From assembly GCA_028713935.1 (NCBI GenBank), contig JAQTNI010000049.1, forward strand, positions 1-8,901: a DNA stretch of 8,901 nt, given 5' to 3'. Positions 6,348 to 8,901 of this stretch are shown piece by piece (positions within the stretch are counted from its first letter, which is position 1; every line of letters begins with the position of its first letter). The notes under the pieces are model-generated. The model made no database searches and had not been told where the DNA came from. It worked only from the letters and a program-made list of their open reading frames with translations. Origin of the DNA: Candidatus Iainarchaeum sp. Lineage in GTDB: Archaea; Iainarchaeota; Iainarchaeia; Iainarchaeales; GCA-2688035. Position numbers and translations under genes: made by a program.

Positions 6348-7901
6348 ATGAGGGAATACAAAACAATTTCAAGGGTTACTGGGCCATTGCTGTTCATTGA
6401 AAAAACACACCCAGTTGCTTACGGAGAACTTGTGGAAATAAATCTTGGCGACAGCGTTAAAAGCGGCCAGGTTCTTGACACTTCAAGCGAAGTTGTTGTT
6501 GTCCAGGTGTTTGAAGGCACAGCGGGAATTGACAGGCAGTCAACAGTGAAATTTACAGGCAAAACAATAAAATTGAATTGTTCAAAAGAAATGATGGGAA
6601 GGGTTTTGTCCGGCCTTGGAAAGCCGCTTGACAAGGGCCCTGAAATAATTCCTGACCAGCAGATTGATGTCAATGGAAGGCCAATAAACCCTTTTGCAAG
6701 GGCTGCCCCAAAAGACTTTTTGCAGACAGGAATCTCCACTATTGACGGAATGAACACTCTTGTAAAAGGCCAAAAATTGCCGATTTTTTCAGGATTCGGA
6801 TTGCCGCACAACGAAATTGCACTGCAGATTGCAAGGCAGGCAAGAGTGGAAGGCGGATTTGCAGTTGTTTTTGCGGCAATGGGAATAACAAACGAAGAAG
6901 CACAGCAATTCATAATGGATTTTGAACAGACAGGCGCGCTGAAAAGGACAACTATTTTCCTGAATCTTGCAGATGACCCTGCAGTTGAAAGGCTTGTCAC
7001 TCCAAGAATGGCGCTTACAGCAGCAGAATACCTTGCATATACCCACAATATGAATGTGCTTGTTATTCTTACAGACATGACAAATTATTGTGAAGCCCTC
7101 AGGCAAATCGGCGCTGCAAGAGAAGAAGTGCCTGGCAGAAGAGGTTATCCTGGATACATGTACACTGACCTTGCATTGATTTATGAAAGAGCAGGCCTGA
7201 TAAAAGGAAAAACAGGAAGCGTAACGCAGATTCCAATCCTGACAATGCCTGGCGATGACATTACACACCCAATACCAGACCTGACAGGTTACATTACAGA
7301 AGGCCAGATAGTGCTCAGCAGGGAAATCCACAGAAACGGGGTCTATCCCCCAATTGACGTGCTGCCATCATTAAGCAGGCTAATGAACAAGGGAATTGGA
7401 AAAGACAATACAAGGGAAGACCACAGGGCAGTAAGCAACCAGCTTTATGCAGCATACGCGGAAGGCAGGTCATTAAGAGGGCTTGCTGCAATCGTAGGAG
7501 AAGAAGCATTAAGCGAAAGAGACCAGAGATTCCTGGCTTTTGCAAAAGAATTTGAAACAACTTTTGTAAAACAGGGAAACAGGGAAAACAGAAGCATAGT
7601 GGAAACACTCAATCTGGGCTGGAAACTATTGACCTTGCTGCCACAGAACGAGCTTACAAGAATTGACGATAAGCTGATTGAAAAATATTCAAAAGAACTC
7701 GGCCTCGGGTTTTTCAAGTCAAAAGGAAAAGAAGAGCAGGAATCTGAAAAAGTGCATGTAATCAATGAAGCCGGCGGAACAGGCACAGCACCAGCACAGC
7801 AAAATGGCAAGGCCGAAACTGAAAAACATGAAAGCAAAAAAACAAAAAAAAAATCCAGAAAAAGCAGAAAACAACAAAAACAAAAAAAAGAAAGTGATTA
7901 A
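6348..7901 (+). CDS. atpB: A-type ATP synthase non-catalytic subunit B, with a Lys-rich C-terminal extension
   Basis: The protein is 517 aa. Conserved motifs include [34 protein letters not shown] (the degenerate P-loop region typical of B), [22 protein letters not shown] and [29 protein letters not shown] at 6335..6340 lies 7 nt upstream of the ATG. The last ~65 residues (from about 7701) are low-complexity and have no counterpart in the B subunits I know. Confidence 0.95.
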   Translation: MREYKTISRVTGPLLFIEKTHPVAYGELVEINLGDSVKSGQVLDTSSEVVVVQVFEGTAGIDRQSTVKFTGKTIKLNCSKEMMGRVLSGLGKPLDKGPEIIPDQQIDVNGRPINPFARAAPKDFLQTGISTIDGMNTLVKGQKLPIFSGFGLPHNEIALQIARQARVEGGFAVVFAAMGITNEEAQQFIMDFEQTGALKRTTIFLNLADDPAVERLVTPRMALTAAEYLAYTHNMNVLVILTDMTNYCEALRQIGAAREEVPGRRGYPGYMYTDLALIYERAGLIKGKTGSVTQIPILTMPGDDITHPIPDLTGYITEGQIVLSREIHRNGVYPPIDVLPSLSRLMNKGIGKDNTREDHRAVSNQLYAAYAEGRSLRGLAAIVGEEALSERDQRFLAFAKEFETTFVKQGNRENRSIVETLNLGWKLLTLLPQNELTRIDDKLIEKYSKELGLGFFKSKGKEEQESEKVHVINEAGGTGTAPAQQNGKAETEKHESKKTKKKSRKSRKQQKQKKESD

Positions 7902-7985
7902 GCCTTTTGAAGCACTCACTGATGTTCGCTTTCAAAAGCCTCGTTGCAAACCAAGGGTTTGCGACGCGTCAAAAAACAAAGTTTT
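7901..7985 (+). repeat. intergenic two-hairpin repeat, copy B
   Basis: This copy aligns with 2619..2657 plus 2695..2738. Hairpin 1 pairs 7904..7913 with 7928..7938 and has a T bulge at 7932, the equivalent position to the bulge in copy A. Hairpin 2 pairs GCAAACC 7946..7952 with GGTTTGC 7956..7962. A T6 run follows at 7982..7987. Confidence 0.7.
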
Positions 7986-7990
7986 TTAAT

Positions 7991-8635
7991 GTGGGAAAAG
8001 TGATTTGCTTGCCTGAAATAAAACCAACGCGTTCAGAGCTGATAAAGCTCAAAAAAAAAATCAAGCTGGCTGATTTCGGGCATTCTCTCCTGAAAAAAAA
8101 GCGAGACGGGCTTGTAAAAGAATTTTTTGCAACGCTCAAGGAAGCAAAAAAATCAAAATCAGACCTGACGGAAAACTATTTGAAGGCAAAAACAGCAATT
8201 GACCTTGCAAGGGCAGTTGACGGCACAGCAACAGTAAGGTCAGCTTCTTTCGCACTAAAGCCAAAGGCAAACATAACCCTTGAAACACGGAATGTAATGG
8301 GAGTAATTGTCCCGAAAATCCATTCACAGCACAGGGTAGAAGCATTCCATGAAAGGGGCTACGGAGTAATAGGCACTTCGGGATACATTGACGATGCAGC
8401 AGAATCGCACGAACGGGTTTTGGGAAACATAATAACTGCAGCCGAAACAGAAACCACTCTCAAAAAATTATTGGTTGCAATTGACAAGACAAAAAGAAGA
8501 GTAAACGCCCTTGAATTCAATGTGATCCCAAGAATGAACAGCGAAGCAAAATTTGTTTCACTGCGCCTTGAAGAGCTTGAACGCGATGACATTTTCAGGC
8601 TGAAAAAAATAAAGCAAAAAACAAGGGGAAATTAA
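7991..8635 (+). CDS. atpD: A-type ATP synthase subunit D (central rotor shaft)
   Basis: The conserved N-terminal motif is KPTRSELIKLKKKIKLADFGHSLLKKKRDGLVKEF (PTR..L..LK.....A..GH.LLK.KRD.L..EF), and the C-terminal helix is RRVNALEFNVIPRM..EAKFVSLRLEELERDD. The start is uncertain. GTG 7991 gives 214 aa with 11 residues before PTR. GTG 8000 and TTG 8009 (preceded by AGTGAT 7999..8004) are equally plausible. The in-frame ATG 7922 and TTG 7907 would translate the repeat element and lack an SD. Confidence 0.85.
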   Translation: MGKVICLPEIKPTRSELIKLKKKIKLADFGHSLLKKKRDGLVKEFFATLKEAKKSKSDLTENYLKAKTAIDLARAVDGTATVRSASFALKPKANITLETRNVMGVIVPKIHSQHRVEAFHERGYGVIGTSGYIDDAAESHERVLGNIITAAETETTLKKLLVAIDKTKRRVNALEFNVIPRMNSEAKFVSLRLEELERDDIFRLKKIKQKTRGN

Positions 8636-8657
8636 AAATTCTGATTCTGGCGGTTTT

Positions 8658-8901
8658 ATGAAAAAATTTTCCACTAGCGCAGGAAGCTTTGCAATCGGCA
8701 AAAAAAAGCCGAGAAAAGTAACAACATACATTCACACAGGGGGGAAAGCTGCCTGTGGAGGCGGAAAAGCACTTTGCGTTGAAAATCTTGCAGCAACAGC
8801 AAAAAATGTTTCCGGCTTTGCACAAAGCATTGGCTGGAGTGACAAGGCAGGCGAAACAATTGGCAGGGCAATCAGGAAAATGCCTTTATCTGCAGACCCT
8901 G
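8658..8901 (+). CDS. unidentified ORF, 5' part only (open to the right edge)
   Basis: The ATG at 8658 lies 22 nt after the atpD stop. 81 codons are open with no stop: MKKFSTSAGSFAIGKKKPRKVTTYIHTGGKAACGGGKALCVENLAATAKNVSGFAQSIGWSDKAGETIGRAIRKMPLSADP. Composition resembles the neighbouring genes. The ORF is missing from the supplied track, presumably because it has no stop in the window. I do not recognise the family. Confidence 0.5.
   Translation, partial: MKKFSTSAGSFAIGKKKPRKVTTYIHTGGKAACGGGKALCVENLAATAKNVSGFAQSIGWSDKAGETIGRAIRKMPLSADP

Noticed and set aside
6419-7078. 219-aa ORF on the minus strand
   Set aside because: It lies entirely antisense to the strongly conserved core of atpB. Its translation is low-complexity (Ser/Thr/Ile/Pro-rich) with no recognisable motifs. 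This is a typical shadow ORF of a highly expressed gene.
2619-7985. The two repeat copies as a CRISPR array or as terminal repeats of a mobile element
   Set aside because: There are only two imperfect copies, 5.3 kb apart in direct orientation, flanking core ATPase genes. There is no regular spacer structure, no transposase or integrase, and no target-site duplication that I can see.
7765-7989. 74-aa ORF overlapping the atpB tail and the repeat copy
   Set aside because: It is an alternative frame of the A-rich atpB 3' end and runs through repeat copy B. It has no SD, a poly-Lys/Asn composition produced by A-runs, and no independent support.
7919-8015. Possible C/D-box sRNA (UGAUG at 7920..7924, CUGA at 8012..8015)
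   Set aside because: The boxes are about 90 nt apart, too far for an archaeal C/D sRNA. No C'/D' pair is evident, the C-like box is absent from copy A of the repeat, and the D-like box lies inside the probable atpD coding sequence.

Overview
Nearly the whole window is one + strand archaeal-type A1AO (A/V-type) ATP synthase operon in the canonical order atpH-I-K-E-C-F-A-B-D (200..8635). Most genes are packed tightly, with overlaps of 8, 35 and 10 nt or gaps of 2-14 nt. Most starts have a GGTG/GGAGG-type Shine-Dalgarno 4-8 nt upstream. Upstream lies an AT-rich spacer and the probable first 13 codons of a divergent minus-strand gene (1..39). Downstream, an unidentified + strand ORF starts at 8658 and runs off the window. 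The coding strand is A-rich with many A8-A10 runs and Lys-rich proteins. That fits a low-GC uncultivated archaeon (DPANN-like is only a guess), and a bacterial V/A-type operon cannot be excluded from sequence alone. I see no rRNA, tRNA, CRISPR array, transposase, integrase or defence genes, so this is a housekeeping locus and I do not find a new multi-gene system. Four things the operon annotation does not explain: (1) a ~85-120 nt two-hairpin repeat present twice in the same orientation, filling the only two large intergenic gaps (after atpK and after atpB), which are the points where required subunit stoichiometry drops; (2) a Lys-rich, low-complexity C-terminal tail of about 65 aa on AtpB; (3) a 54-codon basic ORF whose ATG overlaps the atpK stop (weak evidence); (4) a c-subunit with a PET carboxylate motif plus acidic residues in helix 1, leaving ion specificity open.
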